64,000 nucleotides of DNA from positions 33,992 through 97,991 of the IMG/VR virus record IMGVR_UViG_3300005613_000019. The stretch is one strand, 5' to 3'. The DNA is from a virus. Each line of letters begins with the position of its first letter. The stretch's first letter is position 1. The translations under genes were made by a program, and so were the position numbers. The notes below the pieces were generated by a model. The model ran no database searches. It was not told the DNA's origin and worked only from the letters and a program-made list of their open reading frames with translations. Positions 29,247 to 38,811 of this stretch are shown here, piece by piece.

Positions 29247-29615
29247 ATGAGTAAAAACCGAAAACATAAAAAAGTTAAATACAAATATAAAGAGGGAGAT
29301 CCGTGCTCTATATGTAAGAGTCCATTAATCTGGTCATACGTTGACAATAGATGGAAATTAGTGTGTCCTACTCCTGAAAATCATCTTAGTGTTGAGGATA
29401 GAGCTGAATATAAACGTTTTCATGCTTTAAATGAAGTAAATAGTGTTATATGTAAAAATTCTAATATTTTAAATTATGAAAAAGAGTATATAAAATATAA
29501 AAATAAGTGTGAAAAATTAGAAGACGATAATTTAAAAAACAAAGAACTTATTAATTTATTAAAAAAAGAAGTTGAAAGACTATCTGCACTTGTTGACAAT
29601 ATTATAAATCGTTAA
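29247..29615 (+). CDS. Zn-finger/coiled-coil protein
   Basis: CSICKSP...CPTPENH; C-terminal coiled coil; likely start MSKNRK. Confidence 0.6.
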   Translation: MSKNRKHKKVKYKYKEGDPCSICKSPLIWSYVDNRWKLVCPTPENHLSVEDRAEYKRFHALNEVNSVICKNSNILNYEKEYIKYKNKCEKLEDDNLKNKELINLLKKEVERLSALVDNIINR

Positions 29616-29784
29616 TTGTATTTTTAAGTTTTTGTAAATCTTGTAAATTTTTTTCTAGCTCAGAAATCATATCTTTTTTAATACAACCATAACCTCCAGG
29701 TATTAAAGCTTGAGCAATTAAATATTCTGATCGTTCAACTATACTATCTATTATTTTTAATATTTCTTTATTTTTTATTTTCAT
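29602..29784 (-). CDS. Hypothetical protein
   Basis: ORF track; overlapping chain. Confidence 0.45.
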   Translation of the reverse strand: MKIKNKEILKIIDSIVERSEYLIAQALIPGGYGCIKKDMISELEKNLQDLQKLKNTINDL

Positions 29785-29968
29785 CTAAGTCTTCTAATTT
29801 AAAAAGTTTCTCTTCTTTTTCTGTTTGTTGTAATGGGCCAATTAAGGCATTTAATTTTCCATTTTTAGACATGTAGTATACTAAATGTTTTTTAGGACTA
29901 TTAACTGAAATAGAAAAATGTGAATTTACAAATTCAAATGTTAAAACCATTATTGATACTCCCTGCAT
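29768..29968 (-). CDS. Hypothetical protein
   Basis: ORF track; overlapping chain. Confidence 0.45.
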   Translation of the reverse strand: MQGVSIMVLTFEFVNSHFSISVNSPKKHLVYYMSKNGKLNALIGPLQQTEKEEKLFKLEDLDENKK

Positions 29969-30363
29969 GTGTAAATTGACGATTTGTTTTTAAAAGGGCT
30001 TTCTCTGTAAGTGTCATGATTTAGACAGCTAGGACACAAGACTTTACCCTGAAAAAATGAAAGTCTAGTTGAGAATTTACAACATTCTTGACATTCTCCT
30101 ATGAAATCTTGTAATGATCTCTTATTAGGTAAATGATATTTTATCCAAGATTTTCCTTTATCTGTAATTACATATAAAGAAAATCCGTTATCAGTTTGTA
30201 TTGAACGTATCATACCTTCCTCTGAAAGGTATGATACGTATTTTTTGATAGCAGACATCGAAACTTCTATGTCTGCTATCTTTTTAACAGTGCCTATTGT
30301 AATTTTTGGATTATCAGCTATAGTTCTTAATATAGTTAGCAGCTTTATTTGTTTTTTTGTCAT
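29950..30363 (-). CDS. Winged-helix DNA-binding protein with C-terminal Zn ribbon
   Basis: VSMSAIKKYVSYLSEEGMI...YVITDKGK; CQEC..CPSC; GGAGG RBS. Confidence 0.75.
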   Translation of the reverse strand: MTKKQIKLLTILRTIADNPKITIGTVKKIADIEVSMSAIKKYVSYLSEEGMIRSIQTDNGFSLYVITDKGKSWIKYHLPNKRSLQDFIGECQECCKFSTRLSFFQGKVLCPSCLNHDTYRESPFKNKSSIYTCREYQ

Positions 30364-30481
30364 TGAGTCCTCCTACGTATTTAATTTGAATATGTTTCAA
30401 TATTACACCAATTAAATTCTATAGTCAAGTTGTAAAGTATTTATTTTTTCATATACGGGTATATTATCTTATACTTTATTT

Positions 30482-30754
30482 TTGATTGGAGAAAAGATAA
30501 TGAAAAGTTCATATGTTATTTTAGCAACTGAAGAATGGTATAATGCTGTTTTAAATCAATTACCAAGTCATGTTCAAGAAATAGTTGAAAGTAAATCTGA
30601 GAAAGTGTATAAATTTGGAAAGAATTTAGTAGAAATTTCAGATTACAATGATTCTTATTATGAAGACGAGGATATGTATTTTTCAGAATTTGAAAAATTG
30701 TTATTTAATGACTATGATAATGTATATGTTAAGACTTTTGATTTTGTTGACTAA
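30482..30754 (+). CDS. Acidic hypothetical protein
   Basis: ORF; likely start MKSSY after GGAG. Confidence 0.5.
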   Translation: MIGEKIMKSSYVILATEEWYNAVLNQLPSHVQEIVESKSEKVYKFGKNLVEISDYNDSYYEDEDMYFSEFEKLLFNDYDNVYVKTFDFVD

Positions 30755-30944
30755 CTATATCATAAATAGAACTTAGTTCCAGGGTTAGGTCTTTAATATT
30801 CATTCCTGTTTCATCCATCATTTCTTCTACTGTAAGACCCTCTTCTATCATAGAAATCAGGTTACGTTGTTTTTCAAGATCTTTTATATTTTTAGCTAAT
30901 TTTTGCTTTTTTTGTACTTTTTTCTTTATTTTCTTTTTAGACAT
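30729..30944 (-). CDS. Small HTH-like protein
   Basis: MSKKKIKK...EEGLTVEEMMDETGMNIKDL. Confidence 0.5.
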   Translation of the reverse strand: MSKKKIKKKVQKKQKLAKNIKDLEKQRNLISMIEEGLTVEEMMDETGMNIKDLTLELSSIYDIVSQQNQKS

Positions 30945-31377
30945 CTGAAAAATCTCTTTTATTAAACTTAATACTTTTTTTACATGAATTAGAACAATGT
31001 ATTTTGTCCCATACTTGACAGTGATATGCTGGACTACCACAATATCTACAAATATGGGGCCACTTATTTGTATCAACTTGATTTTGAATTAAGGGGTTTT
31101 TAACTTTATCATCTAATTTATATCTTGTTACTATGTCAAGTAAGTCAAAGGCTTCTTCACTTATTAATGTATGTTCAGGAGTACTCCCTACTATTTCTTT
31201 AATAAGTAAACATTCTGACTCTGCTGTTTCGTCAGCCTCTATAGAGTAAGTCCCTGCTGGAATACGTGTTATCATTTCAGCTGATGAGTCATCACTCCTT
31301 AAGGCAGGTTTTAGTTGATATCCTGGTTTCGTTTTGTAGAAATCACCAGGCTCCCAATCAGAATATTCTTTAGTCAT
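30937..31377 (-). CDS. Hypothetical protein with C-terminal WPxICxxCGxPAY Zn ribbon
   Basis: GGAGG RBS; domain shared with 37904-38305. Confidence 0.65.
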   Translation of the reverse strand: MTKEYSDWEPGDFYKTKPGYQLKPALRSDDSSAEMITRIPAGTYSIEADETAESECLLIKEIVGSTPEHTLISEEAFDLLDIVTRYKLDDKVKNPLIQNQVDTNKWPHICRYCGSPAYHCQVWDKIHCSNSCKKSIKFNKRDFSDV

Positions 31378-31398
31378 ATTATAACCTCCTTTTAAAAG

Positions 31399-31440
31399 TA
31401 AACTTATACTATCCCGGTTAAACGGGATAGTATAAGTTTA
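31399..31440. terminator. 18-bp perfect inverted repeat
   Basis: taaacttatactatcccg-gttaaa-cgggatagtataagttta. Confidence 0.55.
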
Positions 31441-31491
31441 TTATAAGGAAGAACGAAAAGGAAGTCAAGAACAAAAAGACTAAATTAAATT

Positions 31492-32871
31492 TTAGGTAAG
31501 TTCCCAGTTGATTACGGCTGAAGTATCAGCGCAAGTGCTAGCACCGGCTAGCACACGGACAACCCGTATAACGTCACCAGCAACGAAAGCATCAGCAGCT
31601 GCATCAATAGTACCGATTTGAACAGTGGTACCAGCCGCATTATCTAATGTTATAACACCTGTTAGGGCGGTTACCGCATTGATGGTAACATCAAATGTCA
31701 TAGTTTCTGCTACGTCACAACCCGTTCCAGCGATTGCAGCAAAACCTGTAATGTTACCAGCAGCGGGAGCTACCCATTCTACAGTAGTTGCTGTTGCTGC
31801 AGCAGCTTGGAAACTCATACTTGCTCCTGGAGCTGTCCACGCACCAACGGTATCTTCAAGTGTTTCAATTCGAGCATCTTGAGTATGCCATCCAGTACCA
31901 TCGGAGAAAAGTTCAACGCTCGCATTATCGACATTTAGTACCAGATCAACACCAGCGCCTCCATTGTCAATTTCTTCAGTACCATTAGGATCGAGCGTTA
32001 TATTAGCAATAGATGCGTTTCCTACAGCGTCTACAACTTGAATTCGACGTCCAGTAGCACCTACAGCTGTTGGAAGGTCAAGCTCTACTGCACCACCAGA
32101 GGTGTCAACCAACAGGATGTCATCAGCTGCTAATACTGTATAAGGAGAATCTCCAAAAGCCACTGCAGTTTGAGTTAACAAACAATCTAATGCGATGTTA
32201 GCTTCGTTGGTAGTAAGTCTAGTTTCAGCAGCATCCATTCTAGCTTGCTTTGTAAACCAACCTGTTCCGTCAGAAACTAATTCAATTACACCGTAGTCTA
32301 TATCCAAAACAACAGCAACACCTGCACCACCTGAATCAATTTGTTCAGTACCGTTAGGATCAATTGTGATGTTAGCTGTACCGGCATTACCACCACCATC
32401 AACTACCATGTATGTTTTACCTGTAATACCTGAAGCAGTAGGAAGATCTAGTTCTACAGCACCGCCTGAAGTATCTACAACTATACAATCATCAGTAGCA
32501 GCTACAGTATAAGGAGAATCTCCAAAAGCAACAGCTGTTTGATCCGACACTACAACCGCCTGAGCAGAGTCAATCACCCCGTCGTCGTCATCATCATATG
32601 AATCACGAGACATGTCAGAGCCCTCTACCCAAGCAGTAAGCTCATCGGCTGTTACCGTTGTGCCACCGCGAGTAATTGTAACAGTACCAGCGGTAACCCA
32701 AGTAGATAACGTAGTACAAAGTAAATCATTACCTAATAAATCAGAAAGGTTAACATTGACTGTGTTACTTCCAGCTGTCGCTGGAATGTCTATTCTAGGT
32801 TCACCATTATCACCTTCTAAACTAAGATTGTTAGCAGAGGCGTTAGTGACTATGACGTATGTAGCTGCCAT
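31492..32871 (-). CDS. Displaced virion fibre/decoration protein with duplicated beta repeat
   Basis: Two copies of QTAVAFGDSPYTV..VDTSGGAVELDLPTA..GNA..ANIT.DPNGTE.ID..SDGTGW; N-terminus resembles 15413-16804. Confidence 0.75.
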   Translation of the reverse strand: MAATYVIVTNASANNLSLEGDNGEPRIDIPATAGSNTVNVNLSDLLGNDLLCTTLSTWVTAGTVTITRGGTTVTADELTAWVEGSDMSRDSYDDDDDGVIDSAQAVVVSDQTAVAFGDSPYTVAATDDCIVVDTSGGAVELDLPTASGITGKTYMVVDGGGNAGTANITIDPNGTEQIDSGGAGVAVVLDIDYGVIELVSDGTGWFTKQARMDAAETRLTTNEANIALDCLLTQTAVAFGDSPYTVLAADDILLVDTSGGAVELDLPTAVGATGRRIQVVDAVGNASIANITLDPNGTEEIDNGGAGVDLVLNVDNASVELFSDGTGWHTQDARIETLEDTVGAWTAPGASMSFQAAAATATTVEWVAPAAGNITGFAAIAGTGCDVAETMTFDVTINAVTALTGVITLDNAAGTTVQIGTIDAAADAFVAGDVIRVVRVLAGASTCADTSAVINWELT

Positions 32872-32940
32872 TTTTTATACTCCTTCAACTTATGAAGTTT
32901 TTGTTTCAAAGTAAAATTTATAGTTCTAAACTAATAATTT

Positions 32941-32964
32941 ATGATACCATATTAGCTTTTGGAA
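32941..32964 (-). promoter_or_regulatory. Putative late promoter
   Basis: TTCCAA-aagctaatatgg-TATCAT. Confidence 0.6.
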
Positions 32965-33019
32965 TTTTAAAGTTGATAATTTTAAAATTAACAACATATA
33001 TTATTATATACTAACTTTT

Positions 33020-33292
33020 ATGAATAAAAAAGTTTTAAAACAAGCAGCCGTAGATATTAAAGGTGGGAAATGCATCGTTTGTGGTTACAAACGATGCCTT
33101 ACTGCGTTACATTTTCATCACATTGACAAATTTCTTAAAGAAATTGATATAAGTAAGTGCTCAACATGGGAACAGGTTGAGCACGAGTTGTCTAAATGTG
33201 TTCTACTCTGTGCTAATTGTCACGCTGAAGCTCACTCAGGGTTAATTGATTTAGAATTCTTGATTGGGCTTGATGAAGATTTTTCTAGATAG
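33020..33292 (+). CDS. HNH endonuclease
   Basis: GGKCIVCGY..ALHFHH...LLCANCHAEAH. Confidence 0.9.
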   Translation: MNKKVLKQAAVDIKGGKCIVCGYKRCLTALHFHHIDKFLKEIDISKCSTWEQVEHELSKCVLLCANCHAEAHSGLIDLEFLIGLDEDFSR

Positions 33293-33513
33293 TCATAGAG
33301 TTGTAAAATATCTTTTTTATGTTTTGTTATAAAGTTAAATATTTTTTCAAATTCTATATGAGAGCCTTCATATGGAATCCTGATAGGATAATACCATTCT
33401 TTAAGACTTAATTTATATTCATAGTCTAGTGCTTCTTCTTTGCTGCTAAATTGCTTGTTGTCTGAAGTTTTATAATTTATAATTTGTGTAGGTTGTTTAA
33501 TGTTTAGTTTCAT
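33232..33513 (-). CDS. Hypothetical protein
   Basis: YKTSDNKQFSSKEEALDYE; GGAG RBS. Confidence 0.6.
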   Translation of the reverse strand: MKLNIKQPTQIINYKTSDNKQFSSKEEALDYEYKLSLKEWYYPIRIPYEGSHIEFEKIFNFITKHKKDILQLYDYLEKSSSSPIKNSKSINPE

Positions 33514-33527
33514 ACGTTAAAACTCCT

Positions 33528-34910
33528 TTATGCAATTTCTTCAGTGTCTACGAAGTCTGGATCTTGTTTTCTTATCCCTTCAAGTATAGTAAAAGTGTCT
33601 CCTTTCCATTTTAAATTGGACCACATGCTAGGGTGTTCTACTCTTATAACGATGCCCTCTCTAACATGTGTAGGATCTAATGTGGAGGGTCCATCTGTAT
33701 AAGGTCTTAGTTTTGAAACTAAGCCCTCCTTGTCACCATCATATATGAAAGGGTCACAAAGTTGTGGAACAACTTTGTGACCTAGCTGTTCGCACCTAGC
33801 TATTACACTACTAATAGGTAAATCAACTTCATACCCGTCTTCATTAATATGGGCAATTCTGTATACATAAAAATCACAGGTAGGTGGTTCACATCCGTAT
33901 GTGAACCTCATTTGATTTCCATACTTTCTCCTTATGTTTTTATCATCTACTGAATATGAACCCATCAGTAATTGACCACTTTCAGTATGTCCTACAATCT
34001 CATAAAATATAACTTCACCTTTTTGAAGCCCTGTTGATTTTATATGTTCATGTATTTTAGTTCTAAAATGATTTCCGTTGTAATAGCCCTCATATTCTGT
34101 ATCTGGATCTATTACAACTCGTCTAGATCCAGAAACATATTCATAGAACTTGGAACCCTCGTAACGTTTAAGGTCAAAATATCCTAAATTAGTATTTTTA
34201 AGAAATCTTAAAGACTTATGTTTCCTGCTAAGTTTTTTAGTTAGGATACTAAACCTCCAAGATAGATTATTCCAACCAAGTTTAAAAGGGTTAAATTTTA
34301 ATTCTCTTGAACAAATGTAACCACTCCTGCCGGACGAGCCGTGAATTTTTTCGGAGACTGTAATTATACTACCAGGCGGTATTTTATTAATCTCAAATCT
34401 AAGTTGTCTGGTGTCGTAGTGTTCGTGCATATTAGATCTATCTACTTTAATTACGTTCGTTTTGCCATTTTTAGGGTTATTTTTTTTACCTATAGCTCTA
34501 AGAGTAGCTGGGGTATAATACTTTTGACATATTTTTATACCGTTTATAGTGTCGAACTGGTAGCCTTCTACCAGTTCATCTATTTTACCAGTCCATTCAA
34601 AGGATCTTAAGGGTTGCCAAAAGCCCTCTGAAACTTCGCCTCGAAGTTTCAGAGCTTTAACTCTTCCGTTAGTCCCGAAATATCCTCCCATAGGCTCTCC
34701 AGTTTCAGGATTTTTTTTATAGAGGTTATTTTTCATGCAATGGTCATACATGATCATTCCATCAGATAAAAAGAAGACTCCTAGTTCGTCTTCTTTTTGG
34801 TTTAAACCTACTATAATTTGAGATCCTTGAACCGTAGCTAATTTTAGTTTGTCTGCGTTAGGATGCTTTCTTACATTTTTTATTTTACAAACAATTGCTT
34901 GATAAGACAT
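33528..34910 (-). CDS. RNA ligase (DRB0094/Rnl5-like) with N-terminal tRNA-binding OB-like domain
   Basis: KHPNADKL..KLRGEVSEG; motif I EKIHG; YEIVG; FYVY; REGIVIR; LKWK. Confidence 0.85.
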   Translation of the reverse strand: MSYQAIVCKIKNVRKHPNADKLKLATVQGSQIIVGLNQKEDELGVFFLSDGMIMYDHCMKNNLYKKNPETGEPMGGYFGTNGRVKALKLRGEVSEGFWQPLRSFEWTGKIDELVEGYQFDTINGIKICQKYYTPATLRAIGKKNNPKNGKTNVIKVDRSNMHEHYDTRQLRFEINKIPPGSIITVSEKIHGSSGRSGYICSRELKFNPFKLGWNNLSWRFSILTKKLSRKHKSLRFLKNTNLGYFDLKRYEGSKFYEYVSGSRRVVIDPDTEYEGYYNGNHFRTKIHEHIKSTGLQKGEVIFYEIVGHTESGQLLMGSYSVDDKNIRRKYGNQMRFTYGCEPPTCDFYVYRIAHINEDGYEVDLPISSVIARCEQLGHKVVPQLCDPFIYDGDKEGLVSKLRPYTDGPSTLDPTHVREGIVIRVEHPSMWSNLKWKGDTFTILEGIRKQDPDFVDTEEIA

Positions 34911-35076
34911 TTTAATCTCCTATTTTAATGTTTATAATAAAAATATAAATTGATAGATATTAATATAAAACCTAATAGGGTTAACAAATAATATAACCAA
35001 GAAGGAATATTGATTACAAAAGTAATCAATATTCCTAATACTATTAATTTTGATGCATATTTTAAGAATTTAGGAT

Positions 35077-35274
35077 TCATTTTTTTAAATACTCCTTTAC
35101 CTGCGAATTTCGTTTTTGTTTTAAAATATTTATTGATTTTTTAAGATTGTCTTTTGAATTAATAAAACAAGCTAAAGGACAAGATTCATTTCTCATTACA
35201 GTTTCAAGTCTGTTCATATTTTTTAAAACATTTTCCATTTCATCAATTAGTATTGTAAGTTTATTTGCTTTCAT
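35077..35274 (-). CDS. Hypothetical protein
   Basis: ORF with AGGAG RBS. Confidence 0.5.
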   Translation of the reverse strand: MKANKLTILIDEMENVLKNMNRLETVMRNESCPLACFINSKDNLKKSINILKQKRNSQVKEYLKK

Positions 35275-35473
35275 TTTTACTCCTTTTCATCTTATATAAC
35301 ACTCCTATTGGTGGTTTGTCAATAGGTATTATCCACCAAAAACCTGTATAGTGATCTAAATATCGTCCTTTCCAAACTTCTACAGGCCACATTTCATCAA
35401 TATTAGGATCATAAAACCAAAAGAATTTTTTTATCTTATCTGATTTTATTGAAGGCGGATCTACTGACCACAT
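35261..35473 (-). CDS. Trp-rich hypothetical protein
   Basis: ORF with AAGGAG RBS. Confidence 0.5.
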   Translation of the reverse strand: MWSVDPPSIKSDKIKKFFWFYDPNIDEMWPVEVWKGRYLDHYTGFWWIIPIDKPPIGVLYKMKRSKNESK

Positions 35474-35502
35474 AAAATATACTCCTTTACATTTTGGACT
35501 AA

Positions 35503-35575
35503 AAAATTAGCATACTTTGCTAATTTTGTCAAACAAAAAATTTGCCTTGACAAAATTTTATTTTTAGTGTAACCT
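35503..35575. promoter_or_regulatory. Divergent sigma70-type promoters with a palindromic operator-like site
   Basis: + strand TTGACA(35547)-17-TAACCT; - strand TTGACA(35532); aaaattagca-tactt-tgctaatttt. Confidence 0.55.
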
Positions 35576-35604
35576 AACTATATTGTGCTAAGGAGGAATA
35601 ATAT

Positions 35605-36705
35605 ATGTTTAAAAAATTATATGCTAAAGGTAAAAATAAAGAAATAAGAGTATGGAATGTACGTACTGAAGGACCTGACATCATTACTGAACATGGTCAA
35701 CTAGACGGTAAAATGCAAATTAGTCGAAAGACGGCCAAAGCTAAAAATATAGGAAAATCTAATGAAACATCGCCTGAAGAACAAGCTGTTCTTCAGGCGA
35801 CTTCTATGTATAAAAAACAAATAGATAAAGGATATTTTCTAACAATAGAAGAAGCACAGTCAAAGACTGTGCTTCTTCCTATGCTAGCTAATAAATTCGA
35901 CGATAAGAAGCATAAAATTTCGTATCCGTGTATTACGCAGCCGAAATTAGACGGGCTAAGGTCTCTAATTTATTGGGAAAATGGCGAAATAAAGCTTTTG
36001 TCAAGGGGCGGTAAGGAGTATAAAATCCCTCACATCGCTAAGGCGTGTGAGGGATTTCTTCCTAATGGTCGTGTATTTGATGGAGAGGTGTACCTTCATG
36101 GTACACCTCTCCAAGATATTAACAGTCTTGTCAAAAGAAATCAAGAAAACTCTATCAAGTTAGAATATTGGATATATGATTCTTTTCTAATTGACAAACC
36201 TTGGATAATTTGGAAAGACAGGTTTGAATATTTGAGAGATGATTTATACCCAAAACTAAAAGAAGCTAATACTCCTTTAAAACATGTTCCTTGGGCATGG
36301 GTTACATATGAAGATCAAGTAAGGTCTTTTGAAAGTGAATTTAAGTATCATGGTTATGAAGGATCAATTATTAGAGATTTTAGAGGAACTTATGAAGTCG
36401 GTAATAGATCATCTTACTTACTTAAGGTTAAGAGTTTTATTGATGAAGAATTTCCAATTGTTGGGTTTAAAGATGGTGAGGGAAAGTTTAAAGAATGTGT
36501 TATTTGGGTATGTCAAACTCCAGATGGTAAGGAGTTTGACGTTGTTCCTAAAGGTACATTGAAGCAAAAAGCTGAATGGTTTAAACATGGTATTGAATAC
36601 GTAGGCAAAAAACTGAAAGTTCAGTTTTTTGCCTACACTAAGGATAAGAAACCGCAATTCCCAGTGGGGATTGCGGTTCGCCTTGAGGAGGATATGGATG
36701 AATAA
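35605..36705 (+). CDS. ATP-dependent DNA ligase with WGR-like N-terminus
   Basis: PMLANK, QPKLDGLR, FDGEVY, YEGSIIR, LLKVK, PQFPV. Confidence 0.93.
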   Translation: MFKKLYAKGKNKEIRVWNVRTEGPDIITEHGQLDGKMQISRKTAKAKNIGKSNETSPEEQAVLQATSMYKKQIDKGYFLTIEEAQSKTVLLPMLANKFDDKKHKISYPCITQPKLDGLRSLIYWENGEIKLLSRGGKEYKIPHIAKACEGFLPNGRVFDGEVYLHGTPLQDINSLVKRNQENSIKLEYWIYDSFLIDKPWIIWKDRFEYLRDDLYPKLKEANTPLKHVPWAWVTYEDQVRSFESEFKYHGYEGSIIRDFRGTYEVGNRSSYLLKVKSFIDEEFPIVGFKDGEGKFKECVIWVCQTPDGKEFDVVPKGTLKQKAEWFKHGIEYVGKKLKVQFFAYTKDKKPQFPVGIAVRLEEDMDE

Positions 36706-36934
36706 AATTATTAACATATTTTTAATAGCTTTACTGGGGATGCCTCTATATTGGAAATGTCCTATGGACACTGACTGTATGAAAGAGGTTGATTACATGG
36801 ATGCACAAATTAAACACTTTATTCTTGACTGCAGCTTTTATCCGATGTATAAAGATAGAAGAGAATGTGTTGAGTTGGCTAAAATAATGAAATGTAAACC
36901 GTGGAAACATTATAAAGATAAAGATAAAAAATAA
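36698..36934 (+). CDS. Small exported Cys-rich protein
   Basis: MNKIINIFLIALLG hydrophobic start; overlaps the ligase stop. Confidence 0.5.
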   Translation: MNKIINIFLIALLGMPLYWKCPMDTDCMKEVDYMDAQIKHFILDCSFYPMYKDRRECVELAKIMKCKPWKHYKDKDKK

Positions 36935-37435
36935 ATGAATATATTAATAGCATTTTCAACTTCAGATAAAGTATATGCCAAAATCTTAAGAAAGATTATG
37001 GATTGTCCTTATCATCATACATTTCTTTTTGTAGAGTTTAAAGAATTTGGTTGGATGGCATTAGAAATAGATAATAAAGGTGTAAGATTTGTAAATGTAA
37101 ACAGTATAGGTACATATGCTAAAAAACTTATATATTTTAAACCAACAAAAGATCTTAGTAATGGTTTAATTCTTATGAAGAACTATATTGGAAAAAAGTA
37201 CGATTGGAAAGGTTTATTTTCAGGTGCTTGGCGTTTATTAATTAAGAAATGGTTTGAGCATGAGATAAATGATGGAGAAGAAAATCCAAACAGAATGTTT
37301 TGTTCTGAATTTGTTGCTTCAGTTCTTCAAAAATCTAGCATACCTGGTACTTCTTGTTGGATTCCAGCTAATATATCTCCTAAAATGCTTTATGACTTTA
37401 TTAAAAATAACGAATATTTTATAGAAATTACATGA
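36935..37435 (+). CDS. Permuted papain-like NlpC/P60 (YiiX/YebB-like) enzyme
   Basis: His before Cys: PYHHTF...IGKKYDW...MFCSEFVA...ISPKML. Confidence 0.8.
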   Translation: MNILIAFSTSDKVYAKILRKIMDCPYHHTFLFVEFKEFGWMALEIDNKGVRFVNVNSIGTYAKKLIYFKPTKDLSNGLILMKNYIGKKYDWKGLFSGAWRLLIKKWFEHEINDGEENPNRMFCSEFVASVLQKSSIPGTSCWIPANISPKMLYDFIKNNEYFIEIT

Positions 37436-37489
37436 AATCTTTTAAAAACTTAATTAAGATGATGTTATTGTATTCGTAAAGGAGTAATC

Positions 37490-37690
37490 GTGGTGGACGA
37501 AATTTTTAATCTTCTTATGATCTTTTTTAAAAATGATGCTGTTAAAGCCTCTTTATGGTTAAAGACGCCTAACCCTCTACTTGGTGGCGTAACGCCTGGA
37601 TCATTAATTGTTAATAGCAAATCAAAAAGATTGTTAAAGTTTATAAAAAATCAATTATCTAAAAACGAAAGAAATAATAAAAATGACTAA
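37490..37690 (+). CDS. Xre/MbcA/ParS antitoxin C-terminal toxin-binding domain (orphan)
   Basis: F..D..KA.LWLKTPNPLLGGVTP..LI motif. Confidence 0.8.
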   Translation: MVDEIFNLLMIFFKNDAVKASLWLKTPNPLLGGVTPGSLIVNSKSKRLLKFIKNQLSKNERNNKND

Positions 37691-37706
37691 AAAGAAATGA
37701 TTAAAA

Positions 37707-37892
37707 ATGAAAATTAAAGTAGACCGTGATTGGTTTGAGAGAGTCATGTCTTTATGGGATTTTGATAAACTCGGTTGCCCTTTATGTGGGGCAGACTCTG
37801 AAATAGTTAAGGATTTTAAAGAGGGGTTTACTACAAGGTATGGCTGTTCTAAATGTAACAGATGGTTTAATGAACCTGAGTGTATTGACTAA
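37707..37892 (+). CDS. Zn-ribbon protein
   Basis: CPLCG...CSKC. Confidence 0.6.
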   Translation: MKIKVDRDWFERVMSLWDFDKLGCPLCGADSEIVKDFKEGFTTRYGCSKCNRWFNEPECID

Positions 37893-37903
37893 AGGGCTTA
37901 AAC

Positions 37904-38305
37904 ATGAATTTTAAAAATTGGACAAGAATATCAGATTGGGACTTGATATTTGAAGGTATGACAATAAAAATTGAATATGAATCTGACTTTACACCAGGAA
38001 AGATTTGTACACTTTATAGAGTAGTTAAAGAAATTAATTGCTCAAGGCTGGTAATTAGTCATGTAGGATCGGCCACTTTTTCAATTTCGCGTCATCTTTT
38101 TAACGATAATACATTTAAGATATTTAGTGATTCTGAATCACTCTTAAAATCTAATAGTTCTAGCATATTAGAAAAAGTTTTTGAGCCTAAAGAAGATAAT
38201 TATAAATCGAAAGAAATTTCAGATTGGCCGGATATATGTGATAAATGTGGAGGGCCAGCATATAAAGGTCTGTTGAGTGTAGATTGTAAAAATAGGTGTT
38301 GTTAA
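37904..38305 (+). CDS. Hypothetical protein with C-terminal WPxICxxCGxPAY Zn ribbon
   Basis: DWPDICDKCGGPAY..DCKNRC. Confidence 0.6.
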   Translation: MNFKNWTRISDWDLIFEGMTIKIEYESDFTPGKICTLYRVVKEINCSRLVISHVGSATFSISRHLFNDNTFKIFSDSESLLKSNSSSILEKVFEPKEDNYKSKEISDWPDICDKCGGPAYKGLLSVDCKNRCC

Positions 38306-38306
38306 A

Positions 38307-38498
38307 ATGAAATGCGAAAATTGTGACAATGAAGCTCGATACCTTACCTTTAAACATGAAACCTTTCAAAAACTTAATCAAGAGGATGTTATTGTTCTTG
38401 GAAAGGAGCTAATAACTAAATATTATTGGTGTAAAGGTTGTGGATCTTTAATTACAAAAAATGATAATGGTAAAATAACTTATGAATTTCCAAGTTAA
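38307..38498 (+). CDS. Zn-ribbon protein
   Basis: CENC...CKGCG. Confidence 0.55.
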   Translation: MKCENCDNEARYLTFKHETFQKLNQEDVIVLGKELITKYYWCKGCGSLITKNDNGKITYEFPS

Positions 38499-38811
38499 TA
38501 TTATTAATTTATTAACACAGAAAAAGGAGTTTTAAAGATGAAAAAAGAAAAGACTAAAAAAGAAAAGAAAAGAAAGAAACAGTTAATAAAGAAGAATATT
38601 TTTATATTTTGATTGAAGGAGGAGAAATATTAGATTCAGGTGAAAATGTATTTGCAGCATTTCGTAGCCTTGAGGCTTTAAAAGAAGAGTACAAAAATCA
38701 AGTTATGAGGGGTGATATCAACCCTGAGAATGATGAAATTTATTATTCAAAAGTAACTAAACCTAAGAGGATTTCTATAAGCTTAGAGGTTTTTGTAGAG
38801 GAATAAAAATA

